In this document: positions 1 to 10,770 of the stretch, one piece after another
How positions within the stretch are numbered: position 1 is the first letter of the stretch
Layout: each line of letters opens with the position of its first letter
Source of the DNA: Candidatus Iainarchaeum sp.
GTDB lineage: Archaea; B1Sed10-29; WALL01
DNA length: 64,000 nt
Direction: 5' to 3'
Assembly (NCBI GenBank): GCA_021162685.1
Contig: JAGGYF010000028.1
Coordinates: 9,088 to 73,087 of the forward strand
Notes under the pieces: model-generated
Told to the model about the DNA's origin: nothing
Seen by the model: the letters and a program-made list of their open reading frames with translations, nothing else
Database searches by the model: none
Program-made: the position numbers and the translations under genes

Positions 1-141
1 GGGATGGACACTGATAAACTCATGATAGTACATGCAGCTGCTCATAGGGGCCCTGTATATGATAGAAGGGCACCAAAGGGGAGGATGAGAACATCTGCCA
101 TAGAAACCGTAAATGTTGAAATAATTGTAAAGGAGGCCTGA
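1..141 (+). CDS. rpl22: 50S ribosomal protein uL22, 3' part (5'-truncated by window)
   Basis: Frame 1 reads GMDTDKLMIVHAAAHRGPVYDRRAPKGRMRTSAIETVNVEIIVKEA*; directly upstream of rps3. Confidence 0.9.
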   Translation, partial: GMDTDKLMIVHAAAHRGPVYDRRAPKGRMRTSAIETVNVEIIVKEA

Positions 142-143
142 AC

Positions 144-839
144 TTGATAGAGAGAAAATTTGTCAAAGAGGGAATCAATAGGAGCCGATTGAACACATGG
201 CTCAAAAGAAAACTGAATAGAGCAGGCTATGTAGGCGTCTCTCTGCAAAAAACCCCTGTTGCAACAAGGGTTGTTATACAAGTTGAAAGGCCTGGTCTTG
301 TAATAGGAAGGAAGGGGAGTAACATCCAAGAGCTCACAAAAGAAATTGAGAAGAAGTTTGGTTTGGATAATGTTCAGATAAAGATTGAGGAAGTGCCTGT
401 GCCAGAACTTAATGCAGCCGTCATGGCAAGACGGATTGCAAGGTCACTGGAAAAGGGACTAAATTTCAGAAGAGTCATGCACTGGTCACTTGACAAGATC
501 ATGGCAGCAGGAGCAAAGGGTGCAGAGATAACGATATCTGGTAAACTTGTTGGAAAAGGAGGAAAAGCACGGTCAGAAAGGGTCAGTGCAGGCTACCTAA
601 AGAAAGCTGGGGAACCATCACGCCTTGTCCAGGTTAGTCACACACAAGCGATGAAGAAAGCAGGAATCATAGGCGTAACAGTAAAGATTGTCCCACCAGA
701 TGTGGTATTCCCAGACAAAGTTGACATAGAGAAGATTGTAAAAGAAGGAGGTGTAATGAGTGGCGATACTGAAACCAAAGCAGATAAGGGAAATGAGCCC
801 ACAGGAGAGGGAGGAGAAGCTACAGCAGTTGCGCAATGA
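144..839 (+). CDS. rps3: 30S ribosomal protein uS3
   Basis: KH motif RPGLVIGRKG; GAKGAEITISGKL; operon order. Confidence 0.97.
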   Translation: MIERKFVKEGINRSRLNTWLKRKLNRAGYVGVSLQKTPVATRVVIQVERPGLVIGRKGSNIQELTKEIEKKFGLDNVQIKIEEVPVPELNAAVMARRIARSLEKGLNFRRVMHWSLDKIMAAGAKGAEITISGKLVGKGGKARSERVSAGYLKKAGEPSRLVQVSHTQAMKKAGIIGVTVKIVPPDVVFPDKVDIEKIVKEGGVMSGDTETKADKGNEPTGEGGEATAVAQ

Positions 840-981
840 ACTGGCAAAAGAGAGGGCTGCAATCGCCAGTGGCACAAGGCCAGAGAATCCTGGACGAATA
901 AGGGAGATAAGAAAAACCATTGCGAGGATACTCACAATTCAAAATGAAAAGAAAAACACGGAGGTTGAAAAAACAGAATGA
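760..981 (+). CDS. rpl29: 50S ribosomal protein uL29
   Basis: IREMS...ENPGRIREIRKTIARILT; GGAGGTG SD upstream. Confidence 0.95.
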   Translation: MAILKPKQIREMSPQEREEKLQQLRNELAKERAAIASGTRPENPGRIREIRKTIARILTIQNEKKNTEVEKTE

Positions 982-1283
982 CAGATGTCTGTCCTGTGTG
1001 TGGACTCCCAAAGGAGCTATGCGTCTGTCAAGAGCTTGCAAAGGAAAGGCAGAAGATAAAGATAAGAACAGAGGTCAAGAAGTACAGAAAGAAGGTCACA
1101 ATCATAGAAAACCTTGACCAGAGCATTGATCTGCATGCTCTTGCAACCCAACTGAAAAAGAAGATGGCGTGCGGAGGAACCGTCAAGGAAAACCGCATAG
1201 AGCTCCAGGGGGCACACGCAGAGAAGGTAAAGAAAGCTCTTATCGCACTAAACTACCCAGAGGATCAAATTGAAATCGTATAG
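978..1283 (+). CDS. Translation factor SUI1/aIF1
   Basis: VCPVCGLPKELC; LKKKMACGGTVK..IELQG. Confidence 0.95.
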   Translation: MTDVCPVCGLPKELCVCQELAKERQKIKIRTEVKKYRKKVTIIENLDQSIDLHALATQLKKKMACGGTVKENRIELQGAHAEKVKKALIALNYPEDQIEIV

Positions 1284-1557
1284 AAAGTTGCGTGCACTTG
1301 CACGTAACTTATTGATCGGACTGGAGGCAAGGGTAGTCAGAAGCTCGGAGAAATCCCTTGAAGGAATGAAAGGGAAAATCGTTGATGAGACCCTGAATAC
1401 CCTAGTACTCCAAACAAAGAATGGTGAGAAAAGGATAGCAAAAGACAAAGTGGTTGTTGAGATATCCTTCCCAGAGGGAACATATACCTTTTCTGGGAAG
1501 GAGATAAAGCAACGGCCGGATGAACGCTTGAAAAAACTTTGGAGAAAGATAAGGTGA
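1270..1557 (+). CDS. rnp1: RNase P protein component 1 (Rpp29/Pop4)
   Basis: LIGLEARVV..GKIVDETLNTL..RPDERLK; conserved position. Confidence 0.9.
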   Translation: MKSYRKLRALARNLLIGLEARVVRSSEKSLEGMKGKIVDETLNTLVLQTKNGEKRIAKDKVVVEISFPEGTYTFSGKEIKQRPDERLKKLWRKIR

Positions 1558-1561
1558 GAAG

Positions 1562-1864
1562 ATGAAGGAGAAAAAATGCAACGACAAAAACTGCCCAATA
1601 CATGGGAACATCAAGGTTAGAGGTAACATTATGACTGGGGTTGTTGTTTCAGATAAGATGGATAAATCTGTCATTGTTGAAAGAGAGTACATAAGAAAAG
1701 TCCCAAAGTATGAGAGATATGAACGAAGAAAATCAAGAATAGCTGTTCATAAACCAGAATGTATGGATGTCAAAGTTGGAGATGTTGTTGAATTTGGAGA
1801 AACAAGAAAGATTAGCAAAACAAAAAGTTTTGTTATAACAAAGGTGTTGGGTGGTAAGAAATGA
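1562..1864 (+). CDS. rps17: 30S ribosomal protein uS17
   Basis: CNDKNCPIHG; GVVVSDKMDKSV; ISKTKSFV. Confidence 0.97.
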   Translation: MKEKKCNDKNCPIHGNIKVRGNIMTGVVVSDKMDKSVIVEREYIRKVPKYERYERRKSRIAVHKPECMDVKVGDVVEFGETRKISKTKSFVITKVLGGKK

Positions 1865-2259
1865 AAGGTGTTGCTGCTAGAATCACATCCGGGCTTCATA
1901 TTGGTTCAGTATTAAAATGTGATGACAACACAGGAGCAAAGGAGCTTGAGATCATTGGAGTAAAAGGATACAGAGGAAAAAGAAGAAAGCTTGCCAAAGC
2001 GGGCGTTGGTAGTGTTGTCATCTGTTCAGTAAAAAAAGGCAAACCAGAGATCAAGAAGAAAGTTGTGAAAGCTGTGATAGTCAGACAAAAGAAGGAATAC
2101 AGGAGAGCAGATGGCACAAGAGTAAAGTTTAGCGATAATGCTGCTGTCCTTATAGATGATAAGGGAATGCCAAGAGGTACTGAGATAAAGGGAGTTGTAG
2201 CAAAGGAGGTTGCTGAGAGGTTTGCTAAAATTGCCACATTAGCAAAGAACGTGGTGTGA
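1861..2259 (+). CDS. rpl14: 50S ribosomal protein uL14
   Basis: CDDNTGAKEL; RVKFSDNAAV. Confidence 0.97.
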   Translation: MKGVAARITSGLHIGSVLKCDDNTGAKELEIIGVKGYRGKRRKLAKAGVGSVVICSVKKGKPEIKKKVVKAVIVRQKKEYRRADGTRVKFSDNAAVLIDDKGMPRGTEIKGVVAKEVAERFAKIATLAKNVV

Positions 2260-2624
2260 TGGATATGGTATCAAAACAACCAAGAAAACAAAGAAAGGAG
2301 CATTTTGCTGCTCCATTGCATAAAAGGCAGAAAAAGGTAGCTGCGCCTCTTAGTAAAGAACTTAGAAAGACGTACAAGAGGAGAAGTGCAATTGTCCGTG
2401 TTGGTGATAAGGTAAAAATACTGCGTGGAGATTTCAAAGGAAGAACAGGCGAAGTGACAAAAGTATCTCTGAAGAACTATGCAGTACATGTTAAGGGTGT
2501 AACAGTAAAAAAGGCAAATGGTGAAGAGGTGCCAAAACCAATCCACCCATCAAATCTGATGATCATTGAGTTAAAACTTGACGATGAGAAGAGAAAAAAG
2601 AAATTCGCTAAGGAGGAGAAATAG
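2256..2624 (+). CDS. rpl24: 50S ribosomal protein uL24
   Basis: SKQPRKQRK; GDKVKILRG; IHPSNLMI. Confidence 0.97.
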   Translation: MMDMVSKQPRKQRKEHFAAPLHKRQKKVAAPLSKELRKTYKRRSAIVRVGDKVKILRGDFKGRTGEVTKVSLKNYAVHVKGVTVKKANGEEVPKPIHPSNLMIIELKLDDEKRKKKFAKEEK

Positions 2625-3341
2625 ATGGCAAGAAAAGGAGAGAAAAGAGTGAGGAAGCGACTTACTGCCCCAAAAACAATACCTGTACCGAGGAAGGGAT
2701 ATAAGTTCATAGTAAAGGCATCACCAGGCCCACATAATATAGAAGAGAGTGTTCCATTACTGGTTGTCATAAGAGATATGCTTCACCTTGCAGACACAGC
2801 AAAAGAAGCAAAGAAGATTATTCATGGAGGAAAGGTGCTTGTTGATGGAAAAGTCGTGAAAAACCCATCTCATCCCATAGGATTTATGGATGTTTTGTCC
2901 ATACCATCCATAAACAAGTTTTATAGGGTGCTCTATGATAGAAAGGGAAGGATAAAGTTGTATGAGATAGAGCCTTCAAACTCAACCTTCAAACTCAGTA
3001 AAATAAAAGATAAAACTGCGGTGAAGGGTGGGAAGATACAGCTTAATCTACATGATGGCAAGAACATACTTGCAGATAATAAGTACAAGGTAGGGGACGT
3101 TGTAAAACTGGAGATACCACAGATGAAGATTACTGACCATTTCCCACTACAAAAAGGAAGCATTGCCTATGTCACCGGGGGAAAGCACGCTGGTGAAATA
3201 GCAACCATTGAGGAGATTGTTCCAGGCACTGCAACAAGAAAGCCATTAGTCATATTGAAATCTCCTGAAAAGCAATTTGAAACAAGAAAGGATTACGTGT
3301 TTGTTATAGGCACAAAGGAGCCTGTGATTAAGTTTGATTAA
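2625..3341 (+). CDS. rps4e: 30S ribosomal protein eS4
   Basis: PGPH; IGFMDV; IQLNLHDGKN; TGGKHAG. Confidence 0.97.
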   Translation: MARKGEKRVRKRLTAPKTIPVPRKGYKFIVKASPGPHNIEESVPLLVVIRDMLHLADTAKEAKKIIHGGKVLVDGKVVKNPSHPIGFMDVLSIPSINKFYRVLYDRKGRIKLYEIEPSNSTFKLSKIKDKTAVKGGKIQLNLHDGKNILADNKYKVGDVVKLEIPQMKITDHFPLQKGSIAYVTGGKHAGEIATIEEIVPGTATRKPLVILKSPEKQFETRKDYVFVIGTKEPVIKFD

Positions 3342-3843
3342 GGGTGATAGTGTGATAAGCATAGATAAGGTAACAGTGAACATTGGTGTTGGAGCATCTG
3401 GTGAGCCACTGGAGAAGGCAGAAAAGTTACTGGAAAAACTATGCAATCAGAAGCCGATAAGGACACTCAGTAAGAGCAGAATTCCATCATGGGGCATAAG
3501 AAAGAAACAGCCCATTGGTGTAAAGGTTACACTGAGAGGAAAGAAGGCGCTTGAATTCTTAAATAAAGCAATTGAGGCAAAGGACAGAACCCTAAAGAGA
3601 AGCCAATTTGATGAGAATGGAAACTTCGCTTTTGGTATTTCAGAATATATTGACCTTCCTGGAGTAAAGTACGACCCAGAGATCGGTATATTTGGATTTG
3701 ATGTATGTGTAAGCCTGAAAAAGAGGGGGTATAGGATAAAACGTAGAAAGAGGGAGAAGAAAAAGATTCCTTCTAATCACAAGATAACAAAAGAAGAAGC
3801 AATTGAATGGGTTGAGAAAAACCTTAACATAAAGGTGAGATGA
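3334..3843 (+). CDS. rpl5: 50S ribosomal protein uL5
   Basis: KVTVNIGVG; IGVKVTLRG; [12 protein letters not shown]. Confidence 0.97.
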   Translation: MIKGDSVISIDKVTVNIGVGASGEPLEKAEKLLEKLCNQKPIRTLSKSRIPSWGIRKKQPIGVKVTLRGKKALEFLNKAIEAKDRTLKRSQFDENGNFAFGISEYIDLPGVKYDPEIGIFGFDVCVSLKKRGYRIKRRKREKKKIPSNHKITKEEAIEWVEKNLNIKVR

Positions 3844-4001
3844 TGGCAAAAGGGAAAAGAAAAAAGGAGAGAAAAGGAGAAGGCAGAAGGAAATGTAGGA
3901 TATGTGGATCAAGTGAAGGCCTAATACGAAAGTATGGGCTGAGTATATGTAGAAGGTGTTTCAGAGAAGTCGCAGAAGAGATAGGATTTAGAAAATATTG
4001 A
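3843..4001 (+). CDS. rps14: 30S ribosomal protein uS14 (Zn-type; below ORF-track cutoff)
   Basis: Own translation: [52 protein letters not shown]. Confidence 0.95.
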   Translation: MAKGKRKKERKGEGRRKCRICGSSEGLIRKYGLSICRRCFREVAEEIGFRKY

Positions 4002-4002
4002 G

Positions 4003-4401
4003 GTGATTAATGTGCTAATGGACCCAATTGCAGATGCTCTGTCCGCAATAAAAAATGCGGAAAACGTAGGAAAGAGCGAATGTATAGTAAAACCAGCATC
4101 TAAACTGCTAGGTAACATATTAAAGGTTATGCAAAAAGAGGGATACATCGGAGAATTTGAATTCATTGATGATGGAAAAAGTGGCAAGTACAGGGTAAAA
4201 CTTATAGGAAAGATAAACAACTGTGGTGCAATAAAACCAAGGTTTGCTGTGAAGAAGGATGAGTATGAAAAGTATGAGAAGAGATATCTTCCTGCTCAAA
4301 ATGTTGGTTTTCTTGTGATATCAACTCCCTTTGGAGTTATGACACAAAAAGAGGCAATAAAAAGAGGAACCGGAGGGAGAGCAATAGCATTTGTATATTG
4401 A
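4003..4401 (+). CDS. rps8: 30S ribosomal protein uS8 (true start probably a few codons downstream)
   Basis: [14 protein letters not shown]; [11 protein letters not shown]; STPFGVMT. Confidence 0.97.
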   Translation: MINVLMDPIADALSAIKNAENVGKSECIVKPASKLLGNILKVMQKEGYIGEFEFIDDGKSGKYRVKLIGKINNCGAIKPRFAVKKDEYEKYEKRYLPAQNVGFLVISTPFGVMTQKEAIKRGTGGRAIAFVY

Positions 4402-4404
4402 GGG

Positions 4405-4947
4405 ATGGATATGGTCTTGGCTGCTGAGATAACAAAAGAGATTGAAATTCCAGACGGAGTAAATATTACTATTGAGGATAGTAAGATCACAGTTAGTGGG
4501 CCGAAGGGAACACTAACAAAAACGTTCAAACTTGGGAAAGCTTCTATTACAGTTGATGGAAAGAAGGCTATCATCTCAGCAAAGTTTCCAAGAAGAAAAG
4601 ATAAAGCGATGGTTGGAACGATTGCTGCCCACATAAAAAACATGATAAAAGGAGTAACAGAAGGATTTGAGTATAAATTGAAGGTACATTATACACACTT
4701 CCCTGTTACTGTAAGTGTAGAAGGAGACAAGGTGCTAATCAAAAATTTCTTGGGAGAAAAGCATCCACGCATTGCAAAGATTGTTGGGAATGCAAAAGTA
4801 GATGTAAAAGGACAAGACATAACAATCACTGGCATAGACATAGAAGAGGTAAGTCAAACTGCAGCTAACCTTGTACTAAAAACAAATGTTGGTAGGAGAG
4901 ACATCAGAGTATTCAAGGATGGTATCTTTTTGGTATCCAAAGGGTGA
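4405..4947 (+). CDS. rpl6: 50S ribosomal protein uL6
   Basis: HIKNMIKGVTEGFEYKL; NFLGEK; DIRVFKDGI. Confidence 0.97.
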   Translation: MDMVLAAEITKEIEIPDGVNITIEDSKITVSGPKGTLTKTFKLGKASITVDGKKAIISAKFPRRKDKAMVGTIAAHIKNMIKGVTEGFEYKLKVHYTHFPVTVSVEGDKVLIKNFLGEKHPRIAKIVGNAKVDVKGQDITITGIDIEEVSQTAANLVLKTNVGRRDIRVFKDGIFLVSKG

Positions 4948-5291
4948 TATTGATGGAAAAGAAAAAACCCAGTTTCAAACGGCAATATTCATCGTATAAG
5001 AAGAGGGGGAAGGTACAGACTAGTTGGAGGAAACCACGTGGAATAGATAGCAAGCAGAGGAAACACAAAAAAGCCAAAGGGGCTCACCCGAGAGTGGGAT
5101 ATGGAAGCCCAAGAGTCACAAGAGGAATGCACCCAAAAGGAAAACACGAGGTACTTGTGAGAAATATGAAGGATGTTGAATCCCTAAATAAAGATGTTTT
5201 GGTTAGGATCTCTGCCACAGTAGGTGAGAAGAAGAGGAAAGAGATCATAGCAATATGTGAAAAGAAAGGTATAGAGGTAATCAACAGGTGA
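4944..5291 (+). CDS. rpl32e: 50S ribosomal protein eL32
   Basis: WRKPRGIDSKQR; GYGSP. Confidence 0.96.
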   Translation: MILMEKKKPSFKRQYSSYKKRGKVQTSWRKPRGIDSKQRKHKKAKGAHPRVGYGSPRVTRGMHPKGKHEVLVRNMKDVESLNKDVLVRISATVGEKKRKEIIAICEKKGIEVINR

Positions 5292-5295
5292 TGAT

Positions 5296-5706
5296 ATGGA
5301 ACTTAACCAAGTGAAACAGGTCGCTGCAAAGGTGTACAAAGTTGGAAAGGATAGGGTGAAAATCATAGATGAGACAAGGGCAAGAGAAGCAATCACACGT
5401 GATGACATACGACAACTTGTTAAGGAAAAGGCAATCATAATAAAAAGCAAGAGGGGAACCAGCAGAGGAAGGGCAAGAGTGCTGAAAGCACAGAAGAAGA
5501 GGGGAAGAAGAAAAGGCCCTGGTATGAGAAAGGGAAAGAAAACAGCAAGAGAGAGCAGGAAGAAGAAATGGATAAAAAAGGTAAGAGCACAGAGGAAGAA
5601 GTTGAAAGAGATAAGACCTGATGATTACAGAAGCAAATACAGGATGGTCAAAGCAGGGTTCTTCAAGAGCGTTAAACATCTTCTATCAGCAATAAAGAAG
5701 GAGTAG
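5296..5706 (+). CDS. rpl19e: 50S ribosomal protein eL19
   Basis: AITRDDIRQLV; GRRKGPGMRKG. Confidence 0.96.
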   Translation: MELNQVKQVAAKVYKVGKDRVKIIDETRAREAITRDDIRQLVKEKAIIIKSKRGTSRGRARVLKAQKKRGRRKGPGMRKGKKTARESRKKKWIKKVRAQRKKLKEIRPDDYRSKYRMVKAGFFKSVKHLLSAIKKE

Positions 5707-6231
5707 GTGACTTGGATGACTGAAAAAACTACCCATAGGATGCCACTCAAAAGGAGGAGGCTAGGAAAGACTGATTACAGGAAGAGGTTGGCTTTACTTA
5801 AATCTGGGAAGCATAGGTTAGTTGTTAGAGTTAAACCTAGGCAGATTATTGCTCAGATTATAGAATATAACCCAGAAGGAGATAGGGTAGTTATAAGTGC
5901 CACATCACTTGAATTGAAGAAGATGGGTTGGAAACACCATGGGGGGAATGTATGCGCTGCATACCTCACTGGATTGTTATGTGGCAAAAGAGCAAAAGAG
6001 AAGGGCATCACTGAGGCAGTACTTGACATTGGACTGCACACGCCAGTACACGGCTCAAATGTGTTTGCTACATTAAAGGGTGCAATTGATGCTGGAATGA
6101 ACATACCTCACTCAGAGGATTGCTTCCCATCAGATGAGAGGATAACAGGAAAAACAATTGAGGAATACAGAAAGAACAACATATCAAAAGATGTTGAGGA
6201 GATGAAGAAGAAGATAATGGGTGGTAGGTGA
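5707..6231 (+). CDS. rpl18: 50S ribosomal protein uL18
   Basis: [13 protein letters not shown]; AAYLTGLL; LDIGL. Confidence 0.96.
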   Translation: MTWMTEKTTHRMPLKRRRLGKTDYRKRLALLKSGKHRLVVRVKPRQIIAQIIEYNPEGDRVVISATSLELKKMGWKHHGGNVCAAYLTGLLCGKRAKEKGITEAVLDIGLHTPVHGSNVFATLKGAIDAGMNIPHSEDCFPSDERITGKTIEEYRKNNISKDVEEMKKKIMGGR

Positions 6232-6898
6232 TAGGATGGAAAAAAAGGAAGAAGAAAAGGGTATTGAATGGGTGCCAAAAACAAGGACAGGAAGGATGGT
6301 ACTTAATGGAGAGATTACAACACTTGAACAGATATACAGTAGAAATCTCCCCCTCCTTGAACCAGAAATTGTTGATATGCTCGTTCCAGACCTGAAGGAA
6401 GAAGTACTTGACATAAAAACTGTACAAAGAACAACAGACTCTGGAAGGAAGATGAGATTCTTGGCAACAGTCGTTGTTGGTAATAAGGATGGTTATGTTG
6501 GAGTAGGCATAGGCAAAGGAGCAAATGTTAGGCCTGCAATAGAAAGGGCAACGAGAAATGCCAAACTCAATATCATTCACATACAAAGAGGATGTGGCTC
6601 ATGGGAGTGTGGCTGTGGAACACCTCACTCTGTGCCATATAAAGTTGAAGGAAAATCTGGATCTGTAAGAGTTATACTCATCCCTGCACCAAAGGGAACA
6701 GGAATTGTTGCTGGAAAGAAAGCAAAAAAGGTTTTAGAACTTGCTGGGATAAAGGATGTTTGGAGTAAAACATTTGGAGATCCAAGAACCACATTCAATT
6801 TCGCAATGGCAACATTGGATGCGCTCAGAAATATAAGAAGGATGAAGATTGAAAAGCCGACAGAGGTGACAGAACATGAAGCGAGTAGCAGTAATTAA
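6221..6898 (+). CDS. rps5: 30S ribosomal protein uS5
   Basis: WVPKTRTG; [11 protein letters not shown]; PAPKGTG. Confidence 0.97.
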   Translation: MVGDRMEKKEEEKGIEWVPKTRTGRMVLNGEITTLEQIYSRNLPLLEPEIVDMLVPDLKEEVLDIKTVQRTTDSGRKMRFLATVVVGNKDGYVGVGIGKGANVRPAIERATRNAKLNIIHIQRGCGSWECGCGTPHSVPYKVEGKSGSVRVILIPAPKGTGIVAGKKAKKVLELAGIKDVWSKTFGDPRTTFNFAMATLDALRNIRRMKIEKPTEVTEHEASSSN

Positions 6899-7343
6899 GG
6901 TCAGGAGCAACATTGGTGTGCCGAAAGCAGTAAGGGACACTATGAAAATGCTTAATCTGACAAGGGTTAATCATTGCGTTGTCATTGATGATAGAAAAAG
7001 TTATAAGAACATGCTACAGAAAGCAAAAGATTATATCACATGGGGAGAGATAACAGAGGACACCTTCTATAAAATGCTTGAGAAGAGGGGGAGAGCAAAA
7101 GGAAACAAGCGTATAGATGACAAATACATAAAAGAACACTCAAAATTCAAAACAATGAAAGAATTTGTCAAAGCATTCATGAACTTTGAAGCAGAGATTA
7201 ATGATGTTGATGGACTAAAAAAGGTGTTTAGATTATCCCCACCAAGAGGAGGATATAAATCAATAAAAAAGAGCTTTGCAAACAGAGGTGCATTGGGATA
7301 TCGGGGAAGCAAGATAAATGAGCTCATTGAGAAGATGATATGA
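6876..7343 (+). CDS. rpl30: 50S ribosomal protein uL30
   Basis: KDYITWGE; FRLSPPRGG; GALGYRG. Confidence 0.96.
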   Translation: MKRVAVIKVRSNIGVPKAVRDTMKMLNLTRVNHCVVIDDRKSYKNMLQKAKDYITWGEITEDTFYKMLEKRGRAKGNKRIDDKYIKEHSKFKTMKEFVKAFMNFEAEINDVDGLKKVFRLSPPRGGYKSIKKSFANRGALGYRGSKINELIEKMI

Positions 7344-7352
7344 GGTGGTCTG

Positions 7353-7748
7353 ATGCCAAGAAAAAAGAGGAAGATAAACAAACACAGAGGAACTAGGACG
7401 TGTGGGAGAGGTAAAAAAGGGTCTAGGAGAAAAAGTAGTGGGAAAGGTATGGCTGGTGCACACAAGCACAAATGGACATGGATAATAAAAAATAAACCAG
7501 ACCACTTCGGAAGCGAGAGCATGAAACCAATAAAGAAGAAAATGAAGGCAATAAACATAGATTATATAAATGAGTTAGCACTAACTAGAAAAATGAAGGA
7601 GATTGATGTTGCCTCTATTGGATATGAAAAGGTACTTGGCAGGGGGAAATTATCAACTCCAATAAAGGTTGTGGCAAAGGCGTTTACAGCTGCCGCAAAA
7701 GAGAAGATTGAAAAAGCTGGTGGAGAAGCAATAATAAAGGGATCCTGA
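7353..7748 (+). CDS. rpl15: 50S ribosomal protein uL15
   Basis: RGTRTCGRG; KVLGRG; AKEKIEKAGG. Confidence 0.96.
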   Translation: MPRKKRKINKHRGTRTCGRGKKGSRRKSSGKGMAGAHKHKWTWIIKNKPDHFGSESMKPIKKKMKAINIDYINELALTRKMKEIDVASIGYEKVLGRGKLSTPIKVVAKAFTAAAKEKIEKAGGEAIIKGS

Positions 7749-9274
7749 TGGCACTTGAATTCCTGGACCCAATAATAAAGATGCTTCCAGAGGTGAAGAA
7801 GCCAATACAAATGCCTAGTTTTAAGACTAGGATGATGTGGGTTGCCGCAGCACTTATCATATTCTTTGTTCTTGGTCAAATCTCCCCAATTGGACTGCTC
7901 AGCCCATCAAGATTGGAAAAGATAAAAATGCAGAATCCTGTACTCTATGAACAATTGGCACAACAGAGGCAGGACGTGCTAAACAGAGTAAGCTATCTGG
8001 AAAGTGTACAGACAATACTTGCATCAAAGATTGGATCAATAGCAACACTAGGTATTGGACCAATTGTTATGGCATCCATTATACTACAACTGCTTGTTGG
8101 TGCAGAACTATTAAAGATAGATAAGCAAAGGTACCAAGGAGTACAGAAACTCTTTGCTATTCTGTTCTGTTTCTTTGAAGCAGCCATATATGTATATAGT
8201 GGTTTTCTACCTGTTGAACCGTCTGGTATAACCCTCCTCCCATTGCCTCTTCTAGCACAATTCTTTGAGTTGAACAAACTACTCGTTCTTATACAGATAG
8301 CATTTGGCTCCATCCTTCTTCTGTACCTGGATGAGGTTGTATCAAAATGGGGATTTGGTTCAGGTATAGGGTTGTTCATTGTTGCTGGTGTATCCCAGGG
8401 GATTATGTACAGAAGCCTCAATCCAAACACAGGATTGATCCCAACATTCATTAATCAGATAATGGAGGCTGGAACATTAAATTTTGACCTTTTGGCTCCT
8501 CTGCTCTTTACAATCATTGTATTCCTCGTTGTTGTGTTCTTTGAGGCGATGAGAATAGAGATCCCACTCACACTTGGCAGAATAAGGGGCGTTGGTGGCA
8601 GATATCCGCTAAAATTCCTATACGTCTCAAACCTTCCTGTCATCCTTGCTGCTGCACTATTTGCCAATGTTGTGTTATTTGCCAGTGTGTTTAATAACCT
8701 TGGTTACCCCATTCTGGGAACATTCGGAGAAAACGGAATGCCACTACCAAAGTTTTCCATAAGTACTGACCCACATAACATATCTATACCAATAGCATGG
8801 ATGGTTAGGGCGCCATATGGTATTCTTGGAAGTGGTAGTGCAATACAGCAATACATCTTGGACCCTGCTGTAAGAGTACTTGGGTTGATCCCACTTGAAC
8901 TAATACATCTTGTAGTGTATGCAATACTGCTCATGGGCACTTGTGTTATTTTTGGAAAGTTCTGGGTTGAAACAACAGGCATGGACGCCTCCGCAGTTGC
9001 TGAACAACTACAAAGCGTTGGATTTAGTGTTCCTGGATTCCGAAGAGATAAAAGGGTAATTGAACGTGTATTAGAGCGATATATACCTATGATAACTATT
9101 TTGGGTTCGCTTGCAGTTGGAGCGTTGGCTGCTGGTGCAGATGTTACTGGCGCACTTGGTACAGGTACTGGAATCCTTTTGAGCGTCGGTATATTGTATA
9201 GATTGTATGAACAATTAGCAAGCTCCCAACTTATGGAGATGTACCCAGGATTAAAAGGGTTCTTTGGTGGATAA
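7748..9274 (+). CDS. secY: Protein translocase subunit SecY
   Basis: LGIGPIVMASIILQLL; YPLKFLYVSNLPVIL; GTGILLSVGI. Confidence 0.97.
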   Translation: MALEFLDPIIKMLPEVKKPIQMPSFKTRMMWVAAALIIFFVLGQISPIGLLSPSRLEKIKMQNPVLYEQLAQQRQDVLNRVSYLESVQTILASKIGSIATLGIGPIVMASIILQLLVGAELLKIDKQRYQGVQKLFAILFCFFEAAIYVYSGFLPVEPSGITLLPLPLLAQFFELNKLLVLIQIAFGSILLLYLDEVVSKWGFGSGIGLFIVAGVSQGIMYRSLNPNTGLIPTFINQIMEAGTLNFDLLAPLLFTIIVFLVVVFFEAMRIEIPLTLGRIRGVGGRYPLKFLYVSNLPVILAAALFANVVLFASVFNNLGYPILGTFGENGMPLPKFSISTDPHNISIPIAWMVRAPYGILGSGSAIQQYILDPAVRVLGLIPLELIHLVVYAILLMGTCVIFGKFWVETTGMDASAVAEQLQSVGFSVPGFRRDKRVIERVLERYIPMITILGSLAVGALAAGADVTGALGTGTGILLSVGILYRLYEQLASSQLMEMYPGLKGFFGG

Positions 9275-9276
9275 TT

Positions 9277-9780
9277 ATGATGGAAATACTCGGTATAAAA
9301 CTTGTGTATCCAACTGCAACAGCCATAGTCATATGTACTGCTTGTGGTATCTCTATCTTCTCAGCACTCATGCACAGGAAGATGGTGGACAGAAAGAGGA
9401 TGGATGAGATAAGGAAGAGGATAGAAACCCACCAGAAAGAGTATCTTGAAGCACAAAAAGCAGGTGACAAAAAGAAGATGAGTAAATTAGAGCAGGAGCA
9501 AGCAGAGATACTTGGACTTGTCAAGCAGAATATGATGAACTCTATGAAACCAACATTGTTCACAATGCCACTCGTCCTTCTCGTTATATGGTATCTTGGT
9601 GCACAGTATGGCGCGATGGGTCCCCTCATTGACCTTCCTTTTGGAATACCTTTCCTAACAAAGAGTGTAGCTGAAACAGGCATTATAAATGGTGTGGATT
9701 GGTTTGGATTATATCTTGTTTCAGCAATAACAACTGGGTTGCTCATTGAGCTTGTATTAAGGCGTATCATGAAAAGGTGA
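9277..9780 (+). CDS. DUF106 (EMC3/TMCO1, Oxa1 superfamily) membrane protein
   Basis: TM-coiled coil-TM pattern; MKPTLFTMP; canonical position after secY. Confidence 0.85.
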   Translation: MMEILGIKLVYPTATAIVICTACGISIFSALMHRKMVDRKRMDEIRKRIETHQKEYLEAQKAGDKKKMSKLEQEQAEILGLVKQNMMNSMKPTLFTMPLVLLVIWYLGAQYGAMGPLIDLPFGIPFLTKSVAETGIINGVDWFGLYLVSAITTGLLIELVLRRIMKR

Positions 9781-9784
9781 TTCT

Positions 9785-9994
9785 ATGAAATGCGCGATAT
9801 GTGGTGCAAAACTGCATGGAGTATCAAATAAGGGCTCAAAAACACAGAAAAGACCAACAAGGATATTTGCAGGTGTTTTATGCCACAGATGCGTAAGGGA
9901 GTTAGTTACAATAAAAACAAGGATTAAAAATAACACGATAAAGGAAGAAGATGTTGACCCGCGTTTTATCCCTTATCTAAAACAGATGAAGTAA
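9785..9994 (+). CDS. rpl34e: 50S ribosomal protein eL34 (short)
   Basis: CAICGAKLHGV..KRPTRIFAGVLCHRC. Confidence 0.9.
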   Translation: MKCAICGAKLHGVSNKGSKTQKRPTRIFAGVLCHRCVRELVTIKTRIKNNTIKEEDVDPRFIPYLKQMK

Positions 9995-9995
9995 T

Positions 9996-10556
9996 ATGAT
10001 CATTGTTATTGCCTCCCAGCACGGTGCAGGAAAAACCACATTGATGAACTTGTTGTCAAAACGATTTCCACAACTGAGAGTATTGGAGATGGGAAAGAAA
10101 TTTAGAGAACTTGCGATGAAGAGAGGTATGAGCATAGAGGATTTCTCAAAGTATCTGAGTGAGCATCCAGAGGAAAGCGAAAAAATAGACAGAGAGATGG
10201 ATAGGTGGCAAAAAGAACAAATAGAAGAAGGGGACATAATGATAAATAGCAACCTGGGAGCAATGGTTGCAAACAATGCAGACATTAAAGTGTTGCTTGT
10301 CTGCCCATTGGACGTGAGAGCGAAAAGGGTCTTTGAGAAGCAGAGAGAAGGGGACAGAAAAGCAACATCAATTGAGCAAGTGAAACAAAACCTATTAGAA
10401 AGGGACAGAAGCGACAGGGAAAGATATCTAAGATTGTATAACTTTGATATGTTTGATAAAAAACATTACGATATCATACTAAATACTGCTGAAATGACTC
10501 CTGAAGAAGAGGTTGAAACTATCATAAAAGAGCTGAAGAGGAGGTCATTGATATGA
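9996..10556 (+). CDS. cmk: Cytidylate kinase, archaeal type
   Basis: P-loop GAGKTT; FRELA; DRERYLRLY; position. Confidence 0.88.
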   Translation: MIIVIASQHGAGKTTLMNLLSKRFPQLRVLEMGKKFRELAMKRGMSIEDFSKYLSEHPEESEKIDREMDRWQKEQIEEGDIMINSNLGAMVANNADIKVLLVCPLDVRAKRVFEKQREGDRKATSIEQVKQNLLERDRSDRERYLRLYNFDMFDKKHYDIILNTAEMTPEEEVETIIKELKRRSLI

Positions 10557-10768
10557 TGTTTGATATAGGAAGGGTTTGCGTAAAGAAGACAGGTAGGGAA
10601 GCAGGAAAAAAATGTGTAGTTGTGGATGTAATTGACCAGAACTTTGTTTTGATTGATGGAGAAGTAAAGAGAAGAAGATGTAATATATTGCACCTTGAAC
10701 CAACCACGCAGAAACTAGATATAAAGAAGGGCGCATCAACAGAAGAAGTGAAGGCAGCCCTTAAATAA
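10553..10768 (+). CDS. rpl14e: 50S ribosomal protein eL14
   Basis: [20 protein letters not shown]; [11 protein letters not shown]. Confidence 0.96.
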   Translation: MMFDIGRVCVKKTGREAGKKCVVVDVIDQNFVLIDGEVKRRRCNILHLEPTTQKLDIKKGASTEEVKAALK

Positions 10769-10770
10769 TT

